Part shown: positions 21,036 to 30,796 of the stretch, piece by piece
Numbering within the stretch: position 1 is the first letter of the stretch
How the letters are laid out: each line of letters starts with the position of its first letter
NCBI GenBank assembly: GCA_963847705.1
Contig: CAWKBC010000021.1
Span: forward strand, 64,001-128,000
DNA from: an uncultured Pseudomonadota bacterium
GTDB taxonomy: Bacteria; Myxococcota_A; Polyangia; Fen-1088
Reading direction: 5' to 3'
DNA length: 64,000 bases
The notes under the pieces: model-generated
Told to the model about the DNA's origin: nothing
Database searches by the model: none
The model's input: only the letters and a program-made list of their open reading frames with translations
Made by a program: the position numbers and the translations under genes

Positions 21036-22769
21036 ATGGCGCTTCCTCTTGAGGCGGATCGACGGCGATGCGACCATGCATCGCTGCGCTTGCCAGCAGA
21101 ACCAGAAGAGCCAGCTCGCCCAGCTCGACCGTCACCGGCGCGCCTGTGGAGGTGGAAGGCCCTCGTGCTGGCGACCTTCGTCCTGGGGGTCGTCTTGCGT
21201 CTGCCGACCTTCGGCCGGCCGCTGCTCTCCGACGACGAGGCCATCTACGCCACCACCGCCGACGCGCTCAGACGCGGGGCTCTGCTGTACCGCGACGTGG
21301 TCGATCACAAGCCGCCGCTCATCTACCACGTCTATCAGGCCGGTTTTGCCATGTTCGGACGTCACGGGCCGTACAACACCCAGGGGGCGCATCTGCTGGT
21401 CGTCCTGGCGGTGCTGGTGACGGCGGGATTTCTCTTCGCCATCAAGCGGCGGGCGGGAGCCACGGACGCCCTCGAGGACGGGGCTCCCCGCGGTGTCGCT
21501 CTGGCGGCCGCGGGGCTGTTTCTGGTCTTCTCGACCACCTGGCACGACTACGACGCGCTGGCGGCGAACTGCGAGCTGTTCCTGCTCGCGCCGCAGGCGA
21601 TCTCCGCCTGGCTGTTGCTGACCGGTCGGGCGCGCCCCGGCCGCGCCGCGGGATGGGCGATTCATCTGGCGGTGGGCGCGCTGATCGGAGCGTCGGCCCT
21701 CTTCAAGTATCAGGGCCTGACGTTTCTGGCGGCCTCGATTGGTCTGCTGATCTGGTGGGTGATCCTCGAGCGCGCCTCCGGCGTCTGGGCCGTGACCATG
21801 GCGCTCTGTCAGCTGACCGGCGCCCTGGTGGCGCCTGCGCTCTACCTCTGGTGGTGCCGAAGCGCCGGCAACCTGGCGGCCGCGCTCTACTGGTTCAGGT
21901 TCAATTTCTCCTACGTCGGCGCCGGCCTGACGGGAGTCGCGGCCGTGGCGCGCGGGCTTCGTCGCACAGGGTTGATCGGCGGCGTCGCGCTGGTTCCGTA
22001 CGCCTTGGGAATCGCGGCCGCGCTCTCCACCGCGCCGAAGATCGTGCGCGTGATCCGGCGACGCTTCGCCGGCGCATCCTCCGTCGATGCCGAGGTGCCT
22101 GCACCGTCGGTGGTCCTGGGTCTGCTCTGGCTCGTCACCTCGGCCGTCGCCGTCTCCACCGGCGGGCGCTTCTTCGGACACTACTTCCACCTGGTCCTGG
22201 CGCCGCTCTGCTTGCTGGCCGCGCCGGTCTTCTGCCGATTGTGGGACAGAGGCTGGTCCACCCGGGCGCCGCTGCTGGTGCTCTCCGCCCTGCCGGCCCT
22301 CATCTTCTTCGGGCTGGCGACCTTCGGCCGGCCTCTCGCCGCAGCGCTGGACGAGGGCGAGCCGCGCTACGACGAGGTCGCGGCTCGCATCGACGCGCTC
22401 ACCTCGCGCGACGAGCGCGTGTTCGTCTGGGGGAACTCTCCGCAGCTGTATGTCCTGGCGCGCCGTCCGATGGGGACGCGGTTCTCTTTCTGCAATTACC
22501 TGACGGGCGAGAGCCCCGGCACGCCGACCGAGACGGGACAGCGGAACGCCGACGCCAATCAGGTGCCGGCGGCCTGGGAGATGCTGTTCGCCGACCTCGA
22601 GCGGCGTCGGCCGGCACTGCTGGTCGACGCGGCGGCTGCCGGCTGGGATGGCTACGGCAAGTACCCGCTCTCGCGATACCCGCGCCTGCGCGCGTACGTC
22701 GACCAGAACTATCGGCCGGTGGAGGTTCGCGCGGGCGTGGTCCTGTACCGGCGGCTGCGGGAGAGGTAG
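21036..22769 (+). CDS. GT-C fold (PMT_2/ArnT-like) membrane glycosyltransferase
   Basis: SDDEAIY...LYRDVVDHKPPLIY loop, NCELF, many TMs, HYF; start uncertain. Confidence 0.75.
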   Translation: MALPLEADRRRCDHASLRLPAEPEEPARPARPSPARLWRWKALVLATFVLGVVLRLPTFGRPLLSDDEAIYATTADALRRGALLYRDVVDHKPPLIYHVYQAGFAMFGRHGPYNTQGAHLLVVLAVLVTAGFLFAIKRRAGATDALEDGAPRGVALAAAGLFLVFSTTWHDYDALAANCELFLLAPQAISAWLLLTGRARPGRAAGWAIHLAVGALIGASALFKYQGLTFLAASIGLLIWWVILERASGVWAVTMALCQLTGALVAPALYLWWCRSAGNLAAALYWFRFNFSYVGAGLTGVAAVARGLRRTGLIGGVALVPYALGIAAALSTAPKIVRVIRRRFAGASSVDAEVPAPSVVLGLLWLVTSAVAVSTGGRFFGHYFHLVLAPLCLLAAPVFCRLWDRGWSTRAPLLVLSALPALIFFGLATFGRPLAAALDEGEPRYDEVAARIDALTSRDERVFVWGNSPQLYVLARRPMGTRFSFCNYLTGESPGTPTETGQRNADANQVPAAWEMLFADLERRRPALLVDAAAAGWDGYGKYPLSRYPRLRAYVDQNYRPVEVRAGVVLYRRLRER

Positions 22770-23704
22770 ACGCCGGTCGCCAGGACGGCGACGGGAATCA
22801 CGTGCGTCAGGTGATAGGTGAGGGCGTAGGAGACGGCGACGTCGCGCGGCGCGCCGCACATGACCAGCGCCATGGTGACGCCCGCCTCGAACGTTCCAAA
22901 GTTGCCGGGCAAGGTGGGGATGGCGATGGCGGCGTTGATCCCCACCAGCGTCAGCAACGCCGTCCGGAAGCTGGGCTCCAGATGAAAGGCGCCCTGGAAC
23001 AGCACCAGCATCACGAGCTCGCTCGACCACCCGAGCAACGAGAGCGCCGCCATCGCCGCCACCCGGCGCGGCGTGGAGGCCTGCAGGCCCGACGACAGCG
23101 CGCGCTCCACACGCGGCCATCGCCCGAGGCGCGGCACCAGGGAGTGACCGGTGGCGAGGAGGGCGCCATATCCCAGCATGGCGAGGACCGAGAGGCCCAG
23201 CGCCAGGCGGCCGAGGCTGGTCAAGAGCGCGGTGACGAAGACCAGGATGGCGAGCGCCAGCGCCTCGGCGCCGCGCTCGGCCCAGGTGCAGCCATAGTCC
23301 ACGGCGAGCTGGTTGGAGAGAAGCTGGCGCCGCGGAGGTTGGTCGTCAGAGCGGTCTTCGGGGAGCTGCTCCGAGGGGGGGCGCAGGCGCGCGGCGCGGA
23401 TCAGGTCCCCGCTGCCGAACCCGATGGCGGCGTTGGCCAGCAGCCCCTCGACGGTCGCCGCCAGCACCTGGCGGTATGGCGGTGGCGCGATCAAAGCCAG
23501 TCGCCAGCGCGCCGCCTTCAACGGCACGGACACCGAGAGGTTGAGCAGAATCGCCGCCGCCACCGCCCAGGGCGCGCTTGCCGCCAGGTGGACGGTCCAG
23601 GGCTTCTCCCGCCACAGCACGACCCCCAGCAAGCAGAGCGGCAGGCCACGCAGGAGGGCCCTCCAGCGGCCGGTTGCGGGAGCGTCGGGCGGGGCGCTTT
23701 CCAG
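22709..23704 (-). CDS. UPF0104 / lysylphosphatidylglycerol-synthase-TM flippase-like protein
   Basis: KAARW, GDLIRA, ER..E, PTLPGNFGTFEAG; no clear ATG, so start is approximate. Confidence 0.7.
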   Translation of the reverse strand: MESAPPDAPATGRWRALLRGLPLCLLGVVLWREKPWTVHLAASAPWAVAAAILLNLSVSVPLKAARWRLALIAPPPYRQVLAATVEGLLANAAIGFGSGDLIRAARLRPPSEQLPEDRSDDQPPRRQLLSNQLAVDYGCTWAERGAEALALAILVFVTALLTSLGRLALGLSVLAMLGYGALLATGHSLVPRLGRWPRVERALSSGLQASTPRRVAAMAALSLLGWSSELVMLVLFQGAFHLEPSFRTALLTLVGINAAIAIPTLPGNFGTFEAGVTMALVMCGAPRDVAVSYALTYHLTHVIPVAVLATGVYLSRSRRYRTTPARTSTGR

Positions 23705-23705
23705 G

Positions 23706-24866
23706 TTACGCCGCGGCCTTCGGGCGCAGGCCCGCCTGGTCGACGGTCGCCCCGGCGACGCGCTGAAAGACCTCGAGGATCCGGCCTCCCACCCGCTCCC
23801 AGTCGAAGGCGTCGGCAATGACGCGCCCGCGCGCGATGCGATCGCCCTGGTCGCGCCCCAGCGTGTCGATGACGGCGTCGGCAAAGGCCGCGGCGCTGTT
23901 GTCCCTGGCCATGACCACGTTCACCCAGTGGTCGCCCGCGCGATCGGCGCCGAGCGCCGGGAGCGCGACGACCGGCAAGCCCGCGGCAAAGGCCTCCAGC
24001 ACCATGATGGAGAACCCCACTGCCCGCGCCGGCAAGAGGAACAACGAGGACGAAGCGAGCAGCTCCGGGCGTTGATCGTAGACCGCGCCGAGGAATTCGA
24101 CGCGCCCGCGCAGATGCCCAGGCACCTGCGCCTCGAGCGCCGGTCGCATGGGGCCGTCGCCCGCCATCAGCAGGCGCACGTCCGGCACCGACTGCGCGAT
24201 CTTGGTGAAGGACTCGATGGCCACCTCCGGCCCGTTGCGCTGCTCGAGCCGGCCCAGATAGACGAGGTTGCGCGTCCCGGGGCGCAGGTACCGAGAGCTC
24301 GGGGCCGCGCGCCAATACGTTCCATCGATTCCATTTGGAATGATCGTCGATTGGAAGTCGGCATAGCGGCCCATTGATTGCGCGGTCGCCTCGGAGACCG
24401 CAATGACTGCGGCGGCCCGCCGAAAAACCCACCGGTAGTACGGCGCGATGCGATGGCGCCAGGGAGCGTCCGGAAAACAGGCGTTGTGCAGGGTCAACAC
24501 CTTGGGCCCGCGGAACATCGCCAATCCCAGCATGGCCAAGCCGACGTCACAGGGGCCGTGGATGTTGAGGAGATCGAACTGCCCCTGGCGGAGCGCGCGG
24601 TAGAAGTTGTAGGCGGTGAGCGGGCCGATCGTCGCCTGGCAAAAAGTTCCGCCGGTGCGGTAGGTGTGCGCGCGCCCGACGCGGACCACGCCCCGCTCGG
24701 CGTCGTCGGGGCCCGGCGCGGCCGCCGTGGCCGGTCGCCCGGTGAGGATGGTGACCTCCACGCCTCGGCGGGCGAGGAGCTTGCGGAGGTGCAGGACGTG
24801 CTCCTGAATGCCTCCCAGGGTGGGATAGTAGCTCTCGGCTACGATACCGACGCGCAGAGGACGCAT
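23706..24866 (-). CDS. GT4 glycosyltransferase (PimA-like)
   Basis: YYPTLGGIQEHV, AVS, IIPNGID, YLGRLE.R.G, FSIMVLEAFAAGLPVV. Confidence 0.85.
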   Translation of the reverse strand: MRPLRVGIVAESYYPTLGGIQEHVLHLRKLLARRGVEVTILTGRPATAAAPGPDDAERGVVRVGRAHTYRTGGTFCQATIGPLTAYNFYRALRQGQFDLLNIHGPCDVGLAMLGLAMFRGPKVLTLHNACFPDAPWRHRIAPYYRWVFRRAAAVIAVSEATAQSMGRYADFQSTIIPNGIDGTYWRAAPSSRYLRPGTRNLVYLGRLEQRNGPEVAIESFTKIAQSVPDVRLLMAGDGPMRPALEAQVPGHLRGRVEFLGAVYDQRPELLASSSLFLLPARAVGFSIMVLEAFAAGLPVVALPALGADRAGDHWVNVVMARDNSAAAFADAVIDTLGRDQGDRIARGRVIADAFDWERVGGRILEVFQRVAGATVDQAGLRPKAAA

Positions 24867-24961
24867 AGAGCCCTAGCGGCTTACCTTAGCGGTGGGTGCC
24901 CGGTCAAGCCCGGGAAACGCTTGAGATTCGCGTCATTGGGCGTTTCCGGAACACGTGAGGT

Positions 24962-26566
24962 TCACCGCGCGTAGATCTCGAGCTCACCTTGGGCGAAGAC
25001 CCGATGGTAGACCGCGGGGATCATTGGGCGTGCTTCGGGCGGCATGGCCCAGGTCAGAAGATGGCTGAAGCGGGGCGTCGCCTCCTGCCAGAAGTCGGCC
25101 CAGATCCCTCGCCAGGCGGCGGTGCAGGCCGCCGGGTCGACCGGGACCTTGCTCAGCGCCTTGCAGACTCCGGCCGGCGTCCCGTACCGGTCGGCGAACT
25201 GATCGAACGCCGGTGGGATGAGCTTGCGTGGCGGAAAGTCCTTGTAGGTGATCGGGTAGGAGCGCTCCACCCCGAACACCAGCGGCGCAGAGGTATTTTT
25301 GGCGACGGTGTAGTAACCCCAGGCGTGGGAGAGGCTGGCGGTGAAATAGCTGGTCTTGCCGTGCTTGAACAGCAACGGAAGCAAGGTGGCGCCCTCCGGT
25401 ACAGCTTCGATTCCTGCGGTGAATTCAGCGCGGTCGCGGTCGAGCCTGACGTAGTCGACCCCCTGGGCGGCCGAGAAGGAGAGCGCGCAGAGCACGAGCA
25501 CGATCGCGGCCGGCCTCGGCAGCGTGGTGGGAAGACGCAAGGCGAGCCCGGCCCAAATGAACGGAACCAACCGGGTATTGAGGTAGTTCCAGTTGCTCAT
25601 CATTTCGGGCAAGCCAACGTAGGAGACGAGGAGAACGGCGACCGCCACGGGCGAGAGGAAGGGGCGCGGCGCTCGACGTTGTGGCCAGGCAAAGTAGGGG
25701 AGCAAGACCGCCGGGACGATGGTCATGCTGCCGAGCCAGGTGAACGCGCCGGAGACGTCGCGCCAGAGGTCCCTGAGGATCTCCCACGGGTTGAGATACC
25801 TGAACGTGGCGGCGGCGGCCGAGGAGTTCTCGGCCTTGATCAGATGCTGCTGTGCCGAGACCAGGGAGAGCAGCCCGGCCGGCACCAGCGGCAACAGCAG
25901 CGCGACGCCGGCGTCGATTCGTTGCTGCCAGGTCGGGCGGGTGGCGACGTGCAGGGCGACCAGCGCCCCCACCACGGCGAGCGGGAACGGGTGCGCGTAC
26001 CAGACCAGGCTGGAGAGCGCGGCGACGGCCAGGCCGCCTGCGGGGCTGGGGCGCTCCCGCTGCCGATCGAGCACGGTCAACAGGATCAGCGAGAGGGCAA
26101 AGGCGAACGTGAAGTTCAGAAACCCCATCGAGACGCTGAAGCTGTGCACCAGCGGCCAGACAAAGAGCATCGCCACCGGCACGGCGCGGCGGCCGGCGAA
26201 GTGAAGCACGAAGAGGGGGAGCGCCAGCGCGTTCGCGGCCAGGACCAGGGCGGTGAAGGCGCGGGCGGCGCCGAAGAGGCCGTGGCCGCCCACCAGGCAG
26301 AACCAGAGCGTGAGGAGGCAGTTCGATTTGAAGAGACCGTTGAAGGTGAACTGGGGATAGAGCTCGGGATGCGCCACGATGTGGGCCGTGGCGACGTGAT
26401 TGGGGAGATCCTGGAAGGGGGGGAGCGGAACCAGCAGCAGCGGCCAGGCGGCCAGGGCGAACAACACCGCCGCGACCAGCAGGACCAGCCGCGCGTCGGT
26501 GAGACCGGCCAGCGCCGCCTCGAGCGGGTGGGTCCCTGACGGTGCCGGAGAAGATGCGGCAGGCAT
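24962..26566 (-). CDS. Polytopic membrane protein, probable GT-C
   Basis: LPPFQDLPNH first loop, MGFLNF, multiple TMs, periplasmic C-terminal domain. Confidence 0.6.
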   Translation of the reverse strand: MPAASSPAPSGTHPLEAALAGLTDARLVLLVAAVLFALAAWPLLLVPLPPFQDLPNHVATAHIVAHPELYPQFTFNGLFKSNCLLTLWFCLVGGHGLFGAARAFTALVLAANALALPLFVLHFAGRRAVPVAMLFVWPLVHSFSVSMGFLNFTFAFALSLILLTVLDRQRERPSPAGGLAVAALSSLVWYAHPFPLAVVGALVALHVATRPTWQQRIDAGVALLLPLVPAGLLSLVSAQQHLIKAENSSAAAATFRYLNPWEILRDLWRDVSGAFTWLGSMTIVPAVLLPYFAWPQRRAPRPFLSPVAVAVLLVSYVGLPEMMSNWNYLNTRLVPFIWAGLALRLPTTLPRPAAIVLVLCALSFSAAQGVDYVRLDRDRAEFTAGIEAVPEGATLLPLLFKHGKTSYFTASLSHAWGYYTVAKNTSAPLVFGVERSYPITYKDFPPRKLIPPAFDQFADRYGTPAGVCKALSKVPVDPAACTAAWRGIWADFWQEATPRFSHLLTWAMPPEARPMIPAVYHRVFAQGELEIYAR

Positions 26567-26760
26567 CGTTCTGGGACGCTCGTTCACGGGCGGCAGTGTA
26601 CCTCGGCTCGTCACCCGGTCACCGTCGGAGTGAGCGCTCCGCCGCGGCCCGCGCTCGGGCATGGATGTCTGTGCCGGGAGGACCTTCTTGCGATAACCTG
26701 CCGGCGGCGAGCGAGCCGCCTGACGCAGCCACGCGCCCACCATCGCCACACTCTTCCGAG

Positions 26761-28257
26761 ATGCCCCGAGACGATCATGAGCGGCGACGTCAGCCGCCCC
26801 CGGCGGGGCGCGATGCTTCCGGCCCGTTCGTCCTCCTGGCGACCCTGGCCTTCTTCGTCGCGCGCCTCTTCTTGATCCCACGTCGGGTCTTCGACCCTGA
26901 CGAGCTCGAGCACTCCCACGCCGCCTGGAGCGTGTTCAAGGGGCTGCTTCCGTACCGGGACTTCTTCGAGCATCACACCCCCTGGTACTACTTCGGGCTG
27001 TCGCCGTTCTTCCATCTGTTCGCGGTCGACCAGTCGTTTGAAAGCGCCCGGCGCTTTCTGCTCTTCGGGCGCGTCTTTTCGGTCGTGCTGGCCGCGCTCT
27101 CGGTTGTTCTCCTCATTCGGGTGGGACGCCTCGTCGGCAATCGACGCGTGGGTCTTCTGGCGGGGCTGTTCGTCGCGGCGCAGCCGGTCTTCATCCAGAA
27201 GACGCTGGAGATTCGCCCCGACGTCCCCGCCTTCTTGTTCTTCGTCGGGGCGCTCTGGTTCCTGCTGCGCGGGCTGTCCGACCAGGAGGTGGCCGCACCG
27301 CCGTGCCTGCGCTGGTTCCTGGGCGGCGGGCTCTGCCTCGGGGCGGCCGTCATGTGCACGCAGAAGATGCTCTTCGTTCTTCCGGGCGCGTTCCTGGGGC
27401 TGGGACTCTGGGCGCTGGCCGGCGGCCGGCGAGCGTCGGGCGTCCGAATGCTCGCCGTGCTGGTGGTTGGGGCGGGCGTCGCCGCTCCGGTCCTGGTGAC
27501 GTGGATCGGCTTCGCCGTTCAGGGCGGCGGCCGGCAATTCATTTACAACAACTTTCTCCTCAACGCGCGGTTTCAATTGCGCTCGTTCAGGGGGGTGCAA
27601 ACAACGCTCAAGACCAGCTGGCCCATCCTGGTTCTCGCTCTCTTCGGCGCCTCCGTCGCGATGTACCGCTTCTCTCGCGCCGAGCGGCGTCGATATGGCG
27701 ACGTGCTGCTGCTCTGCACGTTGGGTGGCCTCATCGCGGGAATTGTCCTGGTGCCCGTGGTCTACGAGCAGTATTGCCTGGTGCCCCTGTCGATCGCCTG
27801 CCTGTTCGCCGCGCAGGGGCTGTCCTCGTTGGTGGAGTTGGCGCGAGAACGGGCGCGGGCGTGGTTCCTCGTCTGCGCGACGCTCCCCCTCTTGGTGTTG
27901 CCTGTCCTCAATCTGGCCTGGTCGTTCAACCACCGAAACGACCGGCAGATGGCGCGGCTGCGCTACGTCTTCGCGCACACCGGCCCGACCGACTCAGTTC
28001 TGGACGGCTGGCTGGGGACGCAGGTGTTCCGTCCCCACCCGCTCTACTACTTCTTCATGCACCGCGAGCTCCTGGGCGCGCTATCGGAAAGCGACAAGGA
28101 TGCCTACCTCCGCCCGCTGGAGAGCGGACAGGTGCGACCGGCGCTCATCACCCTCGACGACGAGCTGCTGGCGTTGGGGCCGCGCTTCTCGAGCTTCTTG
28201 CACGCGCACTACGCGAGCAGTGATGGCCTGTTTTACTTTCCGATCCGGACGCCTTAG
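26761..28257 (+). CDS. GT-C fold (ArnT/GT39-like) membrane glycosyltransferase
   Basis: FDPDELEH.H.AW...G.LPYRDFFEHHTP, EIRPD, TQK, many TMs. Confidence 0.7.
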   Translation: MPRDDHERRRQPPPAGRDASGPFVLLATLAFFVARLFLIPRRVFDPDELEHSHAAWSVFKGLLPYRDFFEHHTPWYYFGLSPFFHLFAVDQSFESARRFLLFGRVFSVVLAALSVVLLIRVGRLVGNRRVGLLAGLFVAAQPVFIQKTLEIRPDVPAFLFFVGALWFLLRGLSDQEVAAPPCLRWFLGGGLCLGAAVMCTQKMLFVLPGAFLGLGLWALAGGRRASGVRMLAVLVVGAGVAAPVLVTWIGFAVQGGGRQFIYNNFLLNARFQLRSFRGVQTTLKTSWPILVLALFGASVAMYRFSRAERRRYGDVLLLCTLGGLIAGIVLVPVVYEQYCLVPLSIACLFAAQGLSSLVELARERARAWFLVCATLPLLVLPVLNLAWSFNHRNDRQMARLRYVFAHTGPTDSVLDGWLGTQVFRPHPLYYFFMHRELLGALSESDKDAYLRPLESGQVRPALITLDDELLALGPRFSSFLHAHYASSDGLFYFPIRTP

Positions 28258-28348
28258 GCCTGGCTCAGGCGACCATCGACGGGAACCGCCAGCCCCACCA
28301 GCCCCATAAGGTTCGCTGGCTGGCGTGGCACGATCTGCGGGTCACGCG

Positions 28349-29983
28349 CTACCTGCAGAGAGTCTCTGCCAGGGGATCTCCCTGGTTGAGCGCAAGGACG
28401 GTCCCAGGAGCCTCGAAGCTCTTTTGATCCTCCGGGAGGTCGCGCCCCGCGTAGCGATGGGCGCGCAGCGCGGCTTGAACGTCCTTTCTCTCCACGGGCA
28501 CTCTGCATCCCCGTCCATTGCGTTCGATCGCTTCGGCGACGTCGCGCCGAAGCCAGAGCTTCGTGCCGCCCGCAAACGCCGGCGCGTAGTGAGCCCGAAA
28601 GTAGGGAAGCTGGTAGAGCGCTCCCAACGAGGCCCATCTCCAGTGCGCCTCGACGAGCTCGGGCGACTCGGCCTCGAGGACCTCCGCCAGAGCCGCCCGG
28701 CCTCGATGCGCCAGCTTGCGATTGGAGAGCGACGCCAGGTCGACAATCCTGAATTCCTCACAACAGAGCGCCAGGCCGCCGATGTCCGGCGTGAGGATGG
28801 TGGCTTGCTGAAGGCCCGCGGCGGAGACGAAGCGCCGAAAGATCGCACCAGATTCTGCATACGTATGGGGCGTCACGAAGAACCCACCCTCGGACACGGG
28901 CTTCAGCTCGTCCGAGGGAAATCCGGTCTTCGACTTGATGGTCATGAACAGGAACAGACCGACGACGACGGCCACGCGGAGCTTGGTTCGCTTGGCGTTC
29001 ACCCAGGGCGAGAACAGGAGCGAACAGAGCAACAGCCCGAGGGGGAAGGCGAAGTACGGCATGCGCCCGCGGTAGCCCCAGGACTCTCCGACCAGGGCGC
29101 CCACGACGACGGCGCCCAGGAGCGGCGCCGTGAGAATCACCAAGATCCGGCGAGGGGGCCAGGGCGTGCCTGGGGGAGCGGAACCAAAGCGCTGCGCGAT
29201 CGCCAGGGCGACGAGCGGCACGAAGAAGAAGCGTGGCAGCTCCCAGGCGCCTCTCAGCCGCTGCATGAGACCGGACACCGCATAGGGTGGCCACCGCTTT
29301 GCCCAGTAGGTGTTGGGGAGGACGTCGGAGAAAACGGCGAGTCGCCAGCAGGTGAGCAGGAGGACGGTCCCCAGACAGGGCAGGACGATCCCCCAAAAAG
29401 CGCGGCGCCCTGAAACAGAGAGGACGGAGAGGGCGAGCAGCCCGACGTAGAGCAGCGCCTCGAAACGGGTGGTCACGGCCAGGACCGCGCCCGCACCCAA
29501 CCAGAACATCCGCGGCTGCGGCGAGAGCAGCTCGTTGACCATCATCAGAAACGCCGCGGCCAGGAGTCCCATCTCCATGCCGTTGCCCGCCTCGCCGAAG
29601 GAGCAGCCCCAGGCCGCGAAGGCGACCACGGTCAGGGTCGCGGAGAGCCTGTCGAGTCGGAGGAGCGCGCAGGTCCTGGCCAGGAGAAGCGTGGTGGCGC
29701 AGATGCTCAGCGCCGACAGCACCTGGGAAATGGAGATCGCCGCGCGGTACGACGGCCGCGCCAGCGCCGCCAGAGCGTTGAGCAAGAACCAGGAGACGGA
29801 CGAAAACCCCTCGACGACTTCGGAGCGCGCGGTCAGCGCAACCCGGCCGTGCCGGGCAAAGGTCCTGGCAAAGGCGAGGGTGATTGCGCCGTCATCCCAC
29901 CCGTGGTCGCCGATGAGGAGGCTGACAACAATCAGCGCGGCGAGCTGTGCCAGGACAACGAGGGCGACGCCACGGCGCGACAT
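28349..29983 (-). CDS. Polytopic membrane protein, probable GT-C (arabinofuranosyltransferase-like)
   Basis: DDGAITL.FAR..A.HG, VEGFSS, GME, TRFE, LPNTYWAK, DIGG, IVDLASL. Confidence 0.65.
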   Translation of the reverse strand: MSRRGVALVVLAQLAALIVVSLLIGDHGWDDGAITLAFARTFARHGRVALTARSEVVEGFSSVSWFLLNALAALARPSYRAAISISQVLSALSICATTLLLARTCALLRLDRLSATLTVVAFAAWGCSFGEAGNGMEMGLLAAAFLMMVNELLSPQPRMFWLGAGAVLAVTTRFEALLYVGLLALSVLSVSGRRAFWGIVLPCLGTVLLLTCWRLAVFSDVLPNTYWAKRWPPYAVSGLMQRLRGAWELPRFFFVPLVALAIAQRFGSAPPGTPWPPRRILVILTAPLLGAVVVGALVGESWGYRGRMPYFAFPLGLLLCSLLFSPWVNAKRTKLRVAVVVGLFLFMTIKSKTGFPSDELKPVSEGGFFVTPHTYAESGAIFRRFVSAAGLQQATILTPDIGGLALCCEEFRIVDLASLSNRKLAHRGRAALAEVLEAESPELVEAHWRWASLGALYQLPYFRAHYAPAFAGGTKLWLRRDVAEAIERNGRGCRVPVERKDVQAALRAHRYAGRDLPEDQKSFEAPGTVLALNQGDPLAETLCR

Positions 29984-30107
29984 GCAGCGCTTGCCAAGCC
30001 AACATGCCACATGCGGGGTGTCAAGCGTGGGTGCGCAGAGCGAACAGGCTCGGAGTCTCCGGCCACTGAGCGGACGGAAGCCGCGTCGTCAGGCTAGCCT
30101 TGTGGGT

Positions 30108-30767
30108 TCAGAACCGGACGCCGCCACCCAGGCTCACGCGAACGTACCTCGTCCGAGTATCCACCTTCTCGCCGGCGACGGTGAGCGACTGGAATCCCAG
30201 CTGATAGCCGGCTCCTAGGTTCGCGAAGATTCGGTCTGTGATTCCCATGTCGGCCCCACCGCCGAAGGCCACGACAAATCCCTTGGCCGAGGTGCCGCCA
30301 GCCTGGTTGATGAGCGAGTATCCCGGAAGAGCTTCGACGTAGAGGCCGATCGTCTCCACGATCGGAAACGTGTACGCCAGGCGCGCCATCAGGTCCGTCT
30401 CCCGGACCGCGGGCGGGGCCGCAAGCGGGGAGGGATTCACCTTGTAGTTCACGTTGGAGATGATCTGCGGCGCGACCCCCACGCTGAGGCCGGCGAGGAT
30501 CCGATAGCTCGCCGACAAGCCGGCGCCATATGCCAGCGAGGCGTCTCCTTGGACCGGCACGCCGCCGATCGGACTGGTGTACTTACCGAGGCCCATCGGA
30601 AGGAACGCCAGACCGATCCGCAGTCTCGGCGACGGCGGCGGCGCGGCAGAATACGGATCAACGACCGCTGCGGCCGGTGCCGGAGCCACGGGGGCGCGAT
30701 CCTCCGCGCGGGCCCCGGCGCCGAGCGCGACCAACATCAGACCGATCAGGGTGCTTGCTTTGCGCAT
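30108..30767 (-). CDS. Small outer-membrane beta-barrel protein
   Basis: Signal peptide, alternating amphipathic strands, C-terminal GGVRF. Confidence 0.7.
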   Translation of the reverse strand: MRKASTLIGLMLVALGAGARAEDRAPVAPAPAAAVVDPYSAAPPPSPRLRIGLAFLPMGLGKYTSPIGGVPVQGDASLAYGAGLSASYRILAGLSVGVAPQIISNVNYKVNPSPLAAPPAVRETDLMARLAYTFPIVETIGLYVEALPGYSLINQAGGTSAKGFVVAFGGGADMGITDRIFANLGAGYQLGFQSLTVAGEKVDTRTRYVRVSLGGGVRF

Positions 30768-30796
30768 CTGGTTTTTTCTCGCTCGTGAGGTCGCTG

